Shown: positions 37,671-48,035, counted from the stretch's first letter. The stretch is 56,974 nt of DNA from Armatimonadota bacterium (GCA_031400935.1 JANNQV010000023.1:1-56974), one strand, 5' to 3'. A program made the numbers and translations. The notes: generated from the sequence alone by a model not told the origin.

Positions 37671-38063
37671 TCAGGCTGGCTGAGGCACTTGCATCGCAAC
37701 AAATGGATACGTATACGATGGCATTCCGTCAATTCGAACCGTGAACTGATAGGTTCCTTCTTTCGGGATGTTCAAATCGTGAATGATGTGGCGATGATTG
37801 ATTAGCCGTTGATTTTCTGGAATCAAAATGGGAGCTTCGATCTTTACCAATCCCTTTCCATCCGCATCAATGAGTTCGGTGACAACAGTTCTGGTGACCC
37901 CAAAGTCATCAGGATCAACTTCAAAAGAAACGACAACGTGGCAAACTTTATGAACACAGGGAAACGAAAATGCGTAGATTGAGTCCGTTGTTCCAAACAG
38001 GTTCAGCTTCCCATCTGTGGTGTCGTTTGAGTAGTCGCAAAGGATTGCGTAGCGTACGTGCAT
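37671..38063 (-). CDS. Hypothetical protein (DUF6941-like)
   Basis: AILCDY...GKLNLFG...FP...EGTYQFTVRIDG pattern; start at MHVRY. Confidence 0.7.
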   Translation of the reverse strand: MHVRYAILCDYSNDTTDGKLNLFGTTDSIYAFSFPCVHKVCHVVVSFEVDPDDFGVTRTVVTELIDADGKGLVKIEAPILIPENQRLINHRHIIHDLNIPKEGTYQFTVRIDGMPSYTYPFVAMQVPQPA

Positions 38064-38088
38064 ACTTAAACGAGGATACCGGTTTCCA

Positions 38089-38119
38089 TTTTGGAGTGCG
38101 CGGACTCGACTGCGGTTTT
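38089..38119 (+). repeat. Solo TTTGGAGTGCG-type REP
   Basis: ttttggagtgcgcggactcgactgcggtttt, similar to the arms at 44287, 49451 and 50996. Confidence 0.65.
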
Positions 38120-38144
38120 GTTTGGAACTTGAATCTAATCCATC

Positions 38145-38188
38145 ATCCCATACCCTAAACCCCATTACCCTGCAACCCAGCTACCCAA
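38145..38188. repeat. C-rich 7-8-mer tandem repeat
   Basis: atcccataccctaaaccccattaccctgcaacccagctacccaa running up to the GNAT ATG. Confidence 0.55.
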
Positions 38189-38649
38189 TGACCTCCACCC
38201 ACAACGAATACGAGATTGACGACAACTTCGCGCGAATTGACTTTGAGGCTGTTCACTCGATGCTAACTGAATCGTATTGGACGCCAGGAATTTCCAAGGA
38301 CCAGATTCTCAAGGGTGCGTCAAATAGCGCCCTTTGCATCGGGGCATATTCAAATGGTCTGCTCATTGGATTCGCTCGAGTTGTTTCTGACCGATTGCGT
38401 TTTGCTTATCTTTGCGATGTGATCGTTCATCCAGATCACCAAAAACGCGGCATTGGGCGGGCAATGGTGAAACATGCCATGCTGGAACCAGACCTTGCGC
38501 CTTGCCGTTGGATGCTGGCTACGAAAGATGCTCACGGGGTCTATGCTAATTTAGGATTTACTCCATTGAAAGAGCCGGAAAGGTGGATGACTTATAAACC
38601 GACCGAATTCATTGACCCGTTGACAAATTCTGATGAAACTTGTTGTTGA
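38188..38649 (+). CDS. GNAT acetyltransferase
   Basis: ESYW, IGFARVVSD, LCDVIVHPDHQKRGIG, LATKDAHGVY. Confidence 0.9.
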   Translation: MTSTHNEYEIDDNFARIDFEAVHSMLTESYWTPGISKDQILKGASNSALCIGAYSNGLLIGFARVVSDRLRFAYLCDVIVHPDHQKRGIGRAMVKHAMLEPDLAPCRWMLATKDAHGVYANLGFTPLKEPERWMTYKPTEFIDPLTNSDETCC

Positions 38650-39535
38650 AAAAAGTTCGCGCCTTGATCACTTTTTGGATGAAGCCATAAATGGAATTTC
38701 CAGAACAAAGATCTCTGCCTGGATTGATGCCGGCCATGTAAGGGTAGATGAAGTTGCGCAAACCAAACATGGACTAAAGCTCAAGCCAGGACAGCAGGTT
38801 GATTGGGACGAATTTGAAACAACTATTCCACAAATTTTGAATCCTGAAGAGCTCAAACTAGAAATTCCCTATGAAGACGAACACCTGCTGATCGTCAACA
38901 AACCTCGCGGCCTAGTAACTCATCCCGCGCCAAGTTATGAAGGAATCACGCTCGTCCATGCGCTGCTTTATCATTCAAAGCACCTTAGCGGCATTGGGGG
39001 AGATTTTCGTCCGGGAATTGTTCATCGGCTCGACAAAGAGACGACTGGGCTGATCGCTATTGCGAAATCCGATGCAGTTCATGTTGCATTGGCTCGCCAA
39101 TTTGAACACAAGACGGCCGAGCGTCGCTATTTTGCAGTTGTCGCTGGGGAATTTGAAAACTCTCAATTCAATATCGAAGCCCCAATTGGCAGAAATCCAA
39201 GGAATCGCCAGCAAATGGCGGTAGTTCCGGGAGGCAAGAGTGCCTTGACTCACTGCAAAGTTATCGGTAGATTTGGAGACGATTCGATCTTGGCAGTCAA
39301 ACTTTCAACGGGAAGAACGCACCAGATTAGAGTCCATCTTCGGTCAATTGGGCACCCGGTTTTCGGTGACATTGTCTATTCGCCGAAGCCTTTACATGTA
39401 TATCCATTGCAACTTCATGCCGCATGGCTTTCGCTGGCTCATCCGGTTTCAGGCGAACAGGTGAGCGTCTATTGCCCGCCGCCAGAAGATTTTTTGGGGC
39501 ATGATCGGGTGAGGCAGGAAGATATTCTCTTTTGA
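38633..39535 (+). CDS. rluD: RluA/RluD family pseudouridine synthase
   Basis: S4 domain, NKPRGL, RPGIVHRLDKETTG, TGRTHQIRVH. Confidence 0.9.
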   Translation: MKLVVEKSSRLDHFLDEAINGISRTKISAWIDAGHVRVDEVAQTKHGLKLKPGQQVDWDEFETTIPQILNPEELKLEIPYEDEHLLIVNKPRGLVTHPAPSYEGITLVHALLYHSKHLSGIGGDFRPGIVHRLDKETTGLIAIAKSDAVHVALARQFEHKTAERRYFAVVAGEFENSQFNIEAPIGRNPRNRQQMAVVPGGKSALTHCKVIGRFGDDSILAVKLSTGRTHQIRVHLRSIGHPVFGDIVYSPKPLHVYPLQLHAAWLSLAHPVSGEQVSVYCPPPEDFLGHDRVRQEDILF

Positions 39536-39574
39536 ATTGGCAGGCTGTTTGAACTAGATGAATTGGAGGCTGGT

Positions 39575-39637
39575 GACACCCAATTCACCCTGTTCACCCA
39601 TTTCACCCAAGTCATCCACTTCACCCAAATCAACCAC
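39575..39637. repeat. 9-mer tandem repeat (7 units) upstream of tRNA-Leu
   Basis: gacacccaa ttcaccctg ttcacccat ttcacccaa gtcatccac ttcacccaa atcaaccac. Confidence 0.8.
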
Positions 39638-39667
39638 TTCAGGACTTCTGCCATAATTCCTAAGCCC

Positions 39668-39754
<87 letters not shown>

Positions 39755-39802
39755 TCTCTCAGCGGGTAGCTCACGACCCGCTCTTTGGTACACAATCAAT
39801 TC

Positions 39803-40507
39803 ATGATTACTGCAATCGCCGCCGCCGTCCTTTTTCAAAGCGCAAACACGCTGACTCCCGATGAAATTCGTGACGGATGGAAGCTTCTGTTCGACGGAAA
39901 GTCGACCAAGGGTTGGCACAGCTATAAGGGCAAAGGGGTGAAGGCAGGCTGGGTTGTAGAGGATGGTATTTTGATGCCAAAAGACATTCACAATGCTGGC
40001 GACATCGTGACCGACGAGACATTTGACTGGTTTGAGCTTCAGCTCGATGTGAACATCGGCAAAGGGCAAAACAGCGGCATCATGTTTCGGGTGATCGAGC
40101 AAGGGGAAGCACCGTGGCATTCCGGGCCCGAGATTCAGATTTACGATCACGTTTTTGAACCTGGCGTTCAAATCACCGGCCATTTGTACGAACTGTACGC
40201 ACCAACAGTTGATTCCAGCAAGCCATCAGGCGAATGGAACCATATACGAATCGTAGTTAGCCCAAAAAAGTGCTTCACAGAACTGAACGGAGTGAAATAC
40301 TACGAGTATGATTTGGAAAGCACCGAATTCTGGGAGCGAGTCAAAAAGAGCAAATTTTCCAAATATCCTGAATTTGCGAAAGCAAAAAAGGGCTCCATCG
40401 GAATTCAAGGCGATCACGGGGTCGTGTCGTTTCGCAACATCAAAATCAAAACTATCAAGCCACAAAGGTCAACAACCGACAAATTTGAAGTATTCGTGCC
40501 GTTCTAA
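39803..40507 (+). CDS. DUF1080 (3-keto-disaccharide hydrolase/lyase family) protein
   Basis: GWKLLFDGKS, NSGIMF, EIQIYD, GEWN, GIQGDHG.VSFRNIKI. Confidence 0.9.
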   Translation: MITAIAAAVLFQSANTLTPDEIRDGWKLLFDGKSTKGWHSYKGKGVKAGWVVEDGILMPKDIHNAGDIVTDETFDWFELQLDVNIGKGQNSGIMFRVIEQGEAPWHSGPEIQIYDHVFEPGVQITGHLYELYAPTVDSSKPSGEWNHIRIVVSPKKCFTELNGVKYYEYDLESTEFWERVKKSKFSKYPEFAKAKKGSIGIQGDHGVVSFRNIKIKTIKPQRSTTDKFEVFVPF

Positions 40508-40521
40508 TTTGAGCCACGCCT

Positions 40522-40608
40522 TTAGAACCTCGACCCTTTGCTAGTCAAAATAGCTGGATGAACTTTCTAAAAATGGCTCGACAGCGCTGAGGGTCGAGGG
40601 ATCAAACT
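40522..40608 (+). repeat. 87-bp CCTCGACCCT...AGGGTCGAGG hairpin element, copy 1
   Basis: Direct repeat of 41482-41568 (77/87 identical by manual alignment); terminal inverted arms. Confidence 0.85.
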
Positions 40609-40690
40609 GGGACTCTTCCCGAAGATGACTTTGGCACTAGCACATGCTCACAAGAGATGCTGGTCGAACCTCTCGTTGGCACAAATGAAT

Positions 40691-41314
40691 TCACCAGTTC
40701 GAAGGAAACTGTACGTCTGGGAAACGAGCTTTATACAGGTCCCAACCTACAGGTGTCAACTCAAATTGCTCAACAATTCGGTATCGCGGTTCTTCATTGA
40801 GGCGACTTTCAACAAGCCCCAAATGAGTTGCATTCCATTCGCCAACATCTCTACGCGCATCAAGTGGTCCAAATGGTTCAAATGGTTCCCATCTAGCGTT
40901 TGCTTTCCCTCTGGCCAGAGTTATGTGGCTATTATAACCTTCGGGCATGTGAATATCATTAGACTGCTTGAACTCCAGCCCAGCCTCCTGTTTGATGGCG
41001 TATTGGAGAGTCGTAATTTGGTTAACATTGCAATACAGAACCCCCAATTTGGAGCCTCGATCAGGAAAACCGTCTATTCCCCTACAAGAGATTTTCATTT
41101 TGGGATGATATGAGGCAACTTTCTTGCCTACTTCGATGAATAGAGAAATCTCACTTTCATCGATTTCACCCAAAAATTTGACGGTGATGTGAAAAAGGTC
41201 TGGATTTACAAAGCGGAGCATTCCCTCCGAATCGAGTTCCTTCAGTTCCCTTTGAACCACCTCGAGCCCGGCTCGAATTTCGGGAGGAACAGGCAAGCTG
41301 AAGAAAAGGCGCAT
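40691..41314 (-). CDS. thpR: RNA 2',3'-cyclic phosphodiesterase (2H family)
   Basis: MRLFFSL, two HxT motifs (HITVKFLG, HITLAR); TACGAT 7 nt before the ATG. Confidence 0.9.
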   Translation of the reverse strand: MRLFFSLPVPPEIRAGLEVVQRELKELDSEGMLRFVNPDLFHITVKFLGEIDESEISLFIEVGKKVASYHPKMKISCRGIDGFPDRGSKLGVLYCNVNQITTLQYAIKQEAGLEFKQSNDIHMPEGYNSHITLARGKANARWEPFEPFGPLDARRDVGEWNATHLGLVESRLNEEPRYRIVEQFELTPVGWDLYKARFPDVQFPSNW

Positions 41315-41330
41315 AACCCAAATCGTACCT

Positions 41331-41376
41331 ATTTGATACCTCAACCCTCACAGCGAAGCGAAGGGTCGAGGGTCTC
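41331..41376 (-). repeat. Short, inverted copy of the CCTCGACCCT element
   Basis: Reverse complement agaccctcgacccttcgcttcgctgtgagggttgaggtatcaaat matches both ends of the 87-bp copies. Confidence 0.75.
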
Positions 41377-41481
41377 GCTAGTACTGCTGTCGATAGTTGT
41401 CAAATGAACTCCTTGCAGACTAAGACCCGGATACTCGTGCTTCCAATTCTGATTGTACGCTCGAATCGAAAATGGAATTCG

Positions 41482-41568
41482 TTAGACCCTCGACCCTTTG
41501 TTAGTCAAAAGAGCTTGAAGTACTTCCAAAAAGTGGCTCGACATCGCTGAGGGTCGAGGGATCAAACT
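41482..41568 (+). repeat. 87-bp CCTCGACCCT...AGGGTCGAGG hairpin element, copy 2
   Basis: Direct repeat of 40522-40608. Confidence 0.85.
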
Positions 41569-41615
41569 TCTCGCTGGGTTCGAATAATCAAGACTATCAA
41601 ATTACGAGACTGCCG

Positions 41616-42938
41616 CTAAATCTTCCAACCCTCATTGAACTTCGGCTTGATTAGCTCATCAAACTCGTGAGTTCCCTTCACTTGCATCCGTCTGGCATCC
41701 CATTCGAGCTTTGGCCCATTTGCCCAAATCGCAAGGTTTCCAAGTAAAACTGTTTCTGTCAGTGGGCCGGAATAATCTGGGAAGTTGGAACGAGCAGGTT
41801 GGCCGCCAAGTGCTGCCCTAGCGAACTCTGCCATGTGCCCTGGCGATTCGTCCACCTGGATATCTGGCATCGGTGCGCCGCCAACCAATTTGAACTGAGT
41901 ATTTGACTCGTCTGGACTGTAGATCGTTGCGTTTTCACATACAACAATTGACCCATTTCCACCATAAGCAAACCCCGGTGCGATTTTTGGATCAGGCCGC
42001 TTACCGCCGTCGTACCAATGAAGCTTTACTGGCGGCCGGCCCTTGCGCTCACCAAATTCATAATGGACAATCGCCCATTCCGGAAAGCTGTCGCGGTTAT
42101 GGCCGCTGGTTTCGGCTTGAACCGAAATCGGATCGCGAAGATCAAGCGCCATGAACGCCATATTGAAAATGTGACAGCCCATATCGCCGAGAGCGCCAGT
42201 GCCAAAGTCCCACCAGCCGCGCCAAGCAAACGGATGGTAGCCATCCGAATATGGGCGTTCCGGACGAGGCCCAAGCCACAAGTCGAAATCTACGGTCTTT
42301 GGAACTTTGCCAGTTGCCGGCCGCTCGACGCCCTGAGGCCACATACCCTTTGCACGATCTGTCCACACATGAACTTCCTGCGGAGCGCCGAATGCTCCCG
42401 CTTTTATTAGGGCAGCCGCTTTTCGCATCGGAGTGCTTGCAGTGCTTTGATTGCCCATTTGGGTGGCAACCTTCTTTTCTCGCGCCAATTTTGCAAGTTG
42501 TCGGCATTCCCAAATCGTACGGCATAGCGGTTTTTCGGTGTAGCAGTGGAGACCTTGGCGCATGGCAAGGACTGAAGCAATTGCATGGTGATGATCGGGG
42601 GTGCTGATGACAACGGCATCAAGGTTGCCTTTCATGGCTTCTAACATGATTCGGTAGTCGTCAAAGGAACTCGCTTTTGGATGTTCTAGCATCGCCTTCG
42701 AGCGATTCTGGGCATCCGTGTCGCATAGGGCGACGATGTCGCCAAACTCGGCTGCTTGCTCCATTCCGCTCCAGCCCTTGCCGCCGCACGCAATGATTCC
42801 AAAACGCAGGCGTCCGTCCTTACGGGGAACCTTTTGCGGCTCAGGTGCCTCAACCGCTCCAACTTTTGCAACCGCAAGCCCAACAACTGCCGCCGCTGAA
42901 CCCCTAAGCACGTCACGTCTTGTCAATTTGTTTTCCAT
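41616..42938 (-). CDS. Gfo/Idh/MocA family oxidoreductase, Tat-exported
   Basis: LTRRDVL Tat motif; STPDHHH, YTEKP, TQMGNQ, WRGWWDFGTGALGDMGCH. Confidence 0.92.
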   Translation of the reverse strand: MENKLTRRDVLRGSAAAVVGLAVAKVGAVEAPEPQKVPRKDGRLRFGIIACGGKGWSGMEQAAEFGDIVALCDTDAQNRSKAMLEHPKASSFDDYRIMLEAMKGNLDAVVISTPDHHHAIASVLAMRQGLHCYTEKPLCRTIWECRQLAKLAREKKVATQMGNQSTASTPMRKAAALIKAGAFGAPQEVHVWTDRAKGMWPQGVERPATGKVPKTVDFDLWLGPRPERPYSDGYHPFAWRGWWDFGTGALGDMGCHIFNMAFMALDLRDPISVQAETSGHNRDSFPEWAIVHYEFGERKGRPPVKLHWYDGGKRPDPKIAPGFAYGGNGSIVVCENATIYSPDESNTQFKLVGGAPMPDIQVDESPGHMAEFARAALGGQPARSNFPDYSGPLTETVLLGNLAIWANGPKLEWDARRMQVKGTHEFDELIKPKFNEGWKI

Positions 42939-42961
42939 GTCAGTTTCTCCGAATTTACAGT

Positions 42962-44266
42962 TTAGCGCGATTTTGCCCGCGAAACCCACACATTTCGAAA
43001 TTCCACTGGCCCATGATCCGCTTGAAGCACGATCGGCCCCTTTTCCATTTCATCGTCAAAGAAGGCTGCACGGGTTGGGCCCGTAACTTGCACGTCCTTT
43101 TGCACAACAATTCCGTTAAGTTTCACCTCAACAAAGCGCGCGTTTGATTTCTTTCCGCTTGGCAGAATTCGTGGGGCTTCAAACTTAATGTCAAAGCTAT
43201 TCCATTCGCCTGGTGCTCGAACTGCATTAACTAACGGAGCCTTACCTTCGAAACCAGCTTCGTCTTTCCATCGTTGATAAACCCCTCCACAATCGGCAAA
43301 TGTTAGCTCTGGAAGACTCTTGCCATATGAATCAAATATCTGAATCTCGTATCGGCCCATCAAATAAATGCCTGAATTGGATCCCTTTGGAATTCGAAAC
43401 TCTAGGTGAACTGTAACATCGCCAAACATCTCATTTGTGGTCAGTGGCTCCGGGCTTGGACCGGAATTCACAAGTGAACCAGGCTGATAAACCCATCCCC
43501 TCGTTCCCTTCCATGTCACTTGCTCTGCTCCAGACGGGATGGCTCTTTTGCTCTTTGCACAAGCCCATTCAACGCCTTCGGCAAGCATTTTGAGGTAAAT
43601 CGGGTCTTGGAAAGACTCCTTGACATGTCCCATAGCCGTGTACCAACTTCTGCCACCTTCGAATTCTTGGCACCACATGATCGGGTGGTCTCCGGGCATT
43701 TTTGAATCCTTGTAACTCGAAGGTTCAAGGGAAGCGAGGACTTGTACTTTCCCTCGCGGATTAACTTTGAAGTCGTACCACTCATCCCAACGCTTCCATG
43801 GGTTTGGCAAATGTTGACAGCTTGGATGATTAGAGTCCTCGATCTTTACAACCGCGTCCTGCTGTGCCGGATGAGATAGGAACCAGGCTCCCACTAATTG
43901 TCCGTACCATGGCCAATCGTATTCTGTATCGGAGGCGGCGTGCACGCCGGCATATCCACCGCCATCTCGGATGAAACTGGTCATTGCCTTCTCCTGTTCT
44001 GGATTCAGAACATCCCCAGTAGTTGATAAAAACACCACAGCGTCGAATGATTTCAGGCGGTTCTTCTCAAATGTGCTTGCATCTTCAGTAAAAGTAACCG
44101 ACCAACCACGCTCTGCGCCAATATCGAGAAGCGCTTTTCTCCCATTTGGGATTGAATCATGTCGAAAGCCCATCGTTTTGGAGAAAACCAGAATCGAGCG
44201 GTTTGTGTATGAAGTTTCAATATTCGCTGGAGCAGCAAAGAGTATGGTGATAGCGGTCAGCAGCAT
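42962..44266 (-). CDS. ThuA-like + DUF1080 fusion protein
   Basis: VFSKTMGFRHDSI, GVHAASDTE, DEWY, YTAMGH (ThuA); NSGIYL..RYEIQIFDS, LQADH..VEFRNVW (DUF1080). Confidence 0.9.
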   Translation of the reverse strand: MLLTAITILFAAPANIETSYTNRSILVFSKTMGFRHDSIPNGRKALLDIGAERGWSVTFTEDASTFEKNRLKSFDAVVFLSTTGDVLNPEQEKAMTSFIRDGGGYAGVHAASDTEYDWPWYGQLVGAWFLSHPAQQDAVVKIEDSNHPSCQHLPNPWKRWDEWYDFKVNPRGKVQVLASLEPSSYKDSKMPGDHPIMWCQEFEGGRSWYTAMGHVKESFQDPIYLKMLAEGVEWACAKSKRAIPSGAEQVTWKGTRGWVYQPGSLVNSGPSPEPLTTNEMFGDVTVHLEFRIPKGSNSGIYLMGRYEIQIFDSYGKSLPELTFADCGGVYQRWKDEAGFEGKAPLVNAVRAPGEWNSFDIKFEAPRILPSGKKSNARFVEVKLNGIVVQKDVQVTGPTRAAFFDDEMEKGPIVLQADHGPVEFRNVWVSRAKSR

Positions 44267-44286
44267 TTGCGAAGATTACCGTAGCC

Positions 44287-44397
44287 TTTTGGGAGTGCGC
44301 GGGCTTGACAGCGCTTTTGCCACCTTTATCACTGTTTTGAACCTGATTCTAATGATGATAAATGAAAAAGCGCTGTCAAGCCCGCGCACTCCCAAAA
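44287..44397. repeat. REP doublet (REPIN-like), perfect 32-bp inverted arms
   Basis: ttttgggagtgcgcgggcttgacagcgctttt / aaaagcgctgtcaagcccgcgcactcccaaaa with a 47-bp AT-rich spacer, between divergent genes. Confidence 0.9.
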
Positions 44398-44418
44398 TCG
44401 TAGGATAGAATACGCCTT

Positions 44419-45888
44419 GTGCCAAAGCTCGAAGTCGAGAACATCGTAATGCAGTTTCCTGCTGTCCGAGCGCTTGACTCAGTATCAATGACATTTGAGC
44501 CGGGCGAAATTCACGGAATCGTTGGCGAAAACGGTGCTGGCAAGAGCACCCTCATGAAGATATTGAGCGGCGTGCTCCATGCCACTTCCGGAACGACTCT
44601 TCTTGATGGAAATCCGGTCCTGCTTTCTGGAGTTCGAGACGCACTCCGGCGAGGCATCGCCATGATCCATCAGGAATTGAACCTGGTTGACGAGCTCACT
44701 GTTGCTGAAAACGTCTTTCTAGGGCGGGAAATCACAAAAGGAGGAATGCTCGATGGCTCCGAAATGGTCAGGCAAACGAACGGCTTTCTGGCTGAAATTC
44801 ATGCATCTTTTTCCGCAACGGAGAAAGTTGGAAATCTCTCCATCGCAGGCAAACAGCTTGTCGAAATTGCTAAGGCGGTCTCCGTTGACGCTTCGATCCT
44901 AATCATGGACGAGCCGACCGCCGTGCTCAGCGATCCCGAAGCCGATTCACTTTTTGAACTGATAGCGAGACTCAAAGAACGACGCACGACCGTGCTCTAC
45001 ATTTCTCACCGACTAACGGAAGTTTGCACAATTTGTGACCGAATCACGGTGCTTCGGGACGGCGCATGGATCACAACTGTCCAGGCGAAAGATACCAATC
45101 CTTCTGAAATCGCTGACCTGATGGTTGGAAGGTCGCTCAAGGACTTCTTTCCTTCGAAAGCAATATCTCCTGAAGCACCACCGACTTTGGAAGTTGAGAC
45201 TGACAGAGGAACTGGCTTTTCGGTTCGGCCTGGCGAGATTTTGGGGCTTGCAGGACTAGTAGGTGCCGGAAGAACCGAATTGGCAGAAACCATCGTGGGA
45301 GCGCGAAAATCTAGCTCAGTCAGGCTCAAGATGGCGGGTAGAAGCCACCAACTTCATAGCACGAAAGATGCGATGAAGCTCGGAATTGCTTATGTGAGCG
45401 AAGATCGGAAGAGGCTCGGTCTGCATTTATCTTTGAATATGGTTGAAAATGTCACTCTTGCCAACCTGCGCTCCTATGGCAATTTCAAATTGAATGCGAG
45501 AAAGGAACTGGATTCATCAACAAATTGGAAGAAGCGCTTGGACGTCCGCGTCGGCGACATGAACGACCCTGTTTTGAATATAAGCGGGGGAAACCAGCAG
45601 AAGATTGCGATCGCGAAATGGCTCGAAACCAAACCGAAAGTGCTCATCCTCGATGAGCCAACGAGAGGTGTTGACGTCGGCGCGAAACGGGAGATTTACA
45701 ACTTGATTCGTGAACTTGCTATTGAGGGAATGGCATGTGTTGTCATTTCGTCAGAGCTTCCTGAAATAATCGGGCTGTGCCACCGAGCAATCGTGATGCG
45801 TGAAGGCAGGATCGTTGGAGAATTGCAGGAAAATGAATTGAGCGAAGAAGCTGTCATGCGTCTCGCCGCGGGAGTAGCAGCAGCTTGA
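44419..45888 (+). CDS. Sugar ABC transporter ATP-binding protein (RbsA/MglA type)
   Basis: GENGAGKST, MDEPT, GLVGAGRTE, SGGNQQK, DEPTRGVDVGAK. Confidence 0.95.
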   Translation: MPKLEVENIVMQFPAVRALDSVSMTFEPGEIHGIVGENGAGKSTLMKILSGVLHATSGTTLLDGNPVLLSGVRDALRRGIAMIHQELNLVDELTVAENVFLGREITKGGMLDGSEMVRQTNGFLAEIHASFSATEKVGNLSIAGKQLVEIAKAVSVDASILIMDEPTAVLSDPEADSLFELIARLKERRTTVLYISHRLTEVCTICDRITVLRDGAWITTVQAKDTNPSEIADLMVGRSLKDFFPSKAISPEAPPTLEVETDRGTGFSVRPGEILGLAGLVGAGRTELAETIVGARKSSSVRLKMAGRSHQLHSTKDAMKLGIAYVSEDRKRLGLHLSLNMVENVTLANLRSYGNFKLNARKELDSSTNWKKRLDVRVGDMNDPVLNISGGNQQKIAIAKWLETKPKVLILDEPTRGVDVGAKREIYNLIRELAIEGMACVVISSELPEIIGLCHRAIVMREGRIVGELQENELSEEAVMRLAAGVAAA

Positions 45889-46883
45889 AACGGAACTCTT
45901 TTGTTAGCGAATACGGGGCGCTCATCGCACTTCTGCTCCTTTTCGTCATCAATGTGGCAACACGTGGCGGAAGCTTTCTCCAAGTCGAAAACCTCCGAAA
46001 CCTTGTTAGCCAAAATGCCGCCGTTGGTGTGATCGCGATTGGAATGACGCTTGTGATTATTGCTGGCGGAATTGACCTTTCAGTCGGCAGTTTGACGGCG
46101 ATGTGTGGTGCGGCAGTCATCCTTCTCGTAAACAGCTTCGCGCATTCTGGAATGTCCCCCAACATGGCGATTCTGGTGGCTGGGTTAGGCGCGATTCTGA
46201 TTGGAGCCTTCGCCGGGCTAATCAATGGGCTCGTAATTGCCTATGGAAGGGTGGCAGCGTTTATTGTCACCCTTGCCGGACTAGCAGGCTTTCGCTCCAT
46301 TGCATTGGTCTTGGGAAATGGCGGCGAAATTCGTTCAGAGGTCTCCGCCTTGCAAGACTTCGGATTTGGAGGAGTTCCAATCCCATTTGCTAAAGATGCT
46401 GCTGGAAACCCGGTCCTTTTCTATTGGAGCGCAATTGTATTTATTGCGATTGCAGTTCTCGCTGGTTTCGTTTTGAACAAGACGCGGTTTGGCAGATACA
46501 TCATCGCCGTTGGGGCTAATGAGCGGGCTGCTGATTACTCAGGAATCAACACGCAGACCGTTCGGCTAACTGTATACGCGATTTTAGGCAGCCTTGTGGG
46601 ATCGGCTTCGATGCTCGTAGGAGCGAGGATGAACTCGATAGGCACGGGTTCGGCAGGACTTTACTACGAACTCGACGCCATCGCCGCAGTTGTAATCGGT
46701 GGAACCAGCTTACGGGGCGGAAAAGGCAGAATTTGGGGCACGGTTGTCGGCATATTACTTTTGACGCTCATATCGAATATGATAACGGCATACCGAATTG
46801 ATACGAACTGGCAAGGCTTGGTGAGGGGTATCGTCATCCTTGTAGCCGTGTTAATGCAACGGGGCAGGAAAGAAAATGAATAA
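45885..46883 (+). CDS. Sugar ABC transporter permease (RbsC type)
   Basis: GGIDLSVG, AVGANERAA..SG, ELDAIAAVVIGGTSL.GG.G. Confidence 0.95.
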   Translation: MKRNSFVSEYGALIALLLLFVINVATRGGSFLQVENLRNLVSQNAAVGVIAIGMTLVIIAGGIDLSVGSLTAMCGAAVILLVNSFAHSGMSPNMAILVAGLGAILIGAFAGLINGLVIAYGRVAAFIVTLAGLAGFRSIALVLGNGGEIRSEVSALQDFGFGGVPIPFAKDAAGNPVLFYWSAIVFIAIAVLAGFVLNKTRFGRYIIAVGANERAADYSGINTQTVRLTVYAILGSLVGSASMLVGARMNSIGTGSAGLYYELDAIAAVVIGGTSLRGGKGRIWGTVVGILLLTLISNMITAYRIDTNWQGLVRGIVILVAVLMQRGRKENE

Positions 46884-47871
46884 ATTCAAGAGACATATTT
46901 TCGTTACAGCCGGCATAGCCGCAATCGTTTTGGCAGGATGCCAGCCAGGCACCGATTCAGGCGGAGCAGCTGCCGCTACAGCCAAGAACGGCAAGAAGTT
47001 CAAGGTCGGAATCTCAATTCCCGCCGCAGACCACGGCTGGACAGCCGGAGTCAAATATTGGGCGGATCAGGCCGCTAAGCAGAATCCCGATATCGAGTGG
47101 ATTATCGAAGACGCCAAAGAGCCCGGCGAGCAGATCAGCGACCTCGAAAACTTGCAGACTCAGGGAGTAGACGCTTTGGTCATTCTTGCAACGGAGAGCG
47201 CGCCATTAACGCCAATAGCTAAGAAGCTTCATGAAGCGGGAATCCTCATCATCAACGTAGATCGTGGATTTACCGAGCCGGTGGCTGATGTTTTCATCGA
47301 AGGCGACAACAAGGCGTTTGGCCGTAAGTCGGCTGAATTTATGGTTCAGAAACTAGGTGGAAAGGGCAAGATTGCCATCCTTGAAGGCATTCCATGCACC
47401 GTTAATACCGACCGAGTCGCCGCTGCGATGGAAGTCTTCAGGGCGAATCCTGGAATCCAAATCGTCGCGCAGGACAGCGGAATGTGGAACCGAGAGAAGT
47501 CGGAAAAAGTCGCGCAGAACATGCTTGTCGCCAACCCGCAGATTGACGCGTTTTGGGCAAGCGACGACGACATGGCGCTCGGCGTCGAAGCCGCACTCAA
47601 AGCGGCAGGGCGAGAGAAGACTACTTGGATTCTCGGCGGCGCAGGAATGAAGGACATCATTAAGAGAGTGATGGACAAAGACCCGCTCTTTCCCGCCGAT
47701 ATCACCTATCCGCCAAGCATGATCGCGTTCGGCGTTCAAACTGCCGCGAGTATGCTCCGCGCTGGCAAAGACAACGCAAAGCAATACACGCCTAGGCACG
47801 TTATGATTGATATCGAACTCGTTACTCCAGAGAATGCGAAGGATTACTACTTCCCTGGGTCGGTTTACTAG
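46876..47871 (+). CDS. Sugar ABC transporter substrate-binding lipoprotein (RbsB type)
   Basis: Lipobox LAGC; PAADHGW, NVDR, GDN, DDDMALG. Confidence 0.92.
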   Translation: MNKFKRHIFVTAGIAAIVLAGCQPGTDSGGAAAATAKNGKKFKVGISIPAADHGWTAGVKYWADQAAKQNPDIEWIIEDAKEPGEQISDLENLQTQGVDALVILATESAPLTPIAKKLHEAGILIINVDRGFTEPVADVFIEGDNKAFGRKSAEFMVQKLGGKGKIAILEGIPCTVNTDRVAAAMEVFRANPGIQIVAQDSGMWNREKSEKVAQNMLVANPQIDAFWASDDDMALGVEAALKAAGREKTTWILGGAGMKDIIKRVMDKDPLFPADITYPPSMIAFGVQTAASMLRAGKDNAKQYTPRHVMIDIELVTPENAKDYYFPGSVY

Positions 47872-47880
47872 GAGTTTCTG

Positions 47881-48035
47881 AGCCCCTCCCTTATTTCGAC
47901 GAAGGAGAAATGAGGGAGGGGTTGGGGAGGGAGTAAAGGGAGTTGAAGTTTTCTCGTGAATTTGTAGAATTACTACCTGCGAATCTGCTCTCCATCCCCT
48001 TGCCCCTTCCTCTCACTTCGTGAAAGGAAGGGGAA
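47881..48035. repeat. CCCCTCCC-type composite palindromic element, copy B (inverted relative to A)
   Basis: agcccctcccttat...atgagggaggggttggggagggagtaa and ccatccccttgccccttcct...aggaagggg; between convergent genes. Confidence 0.8.
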
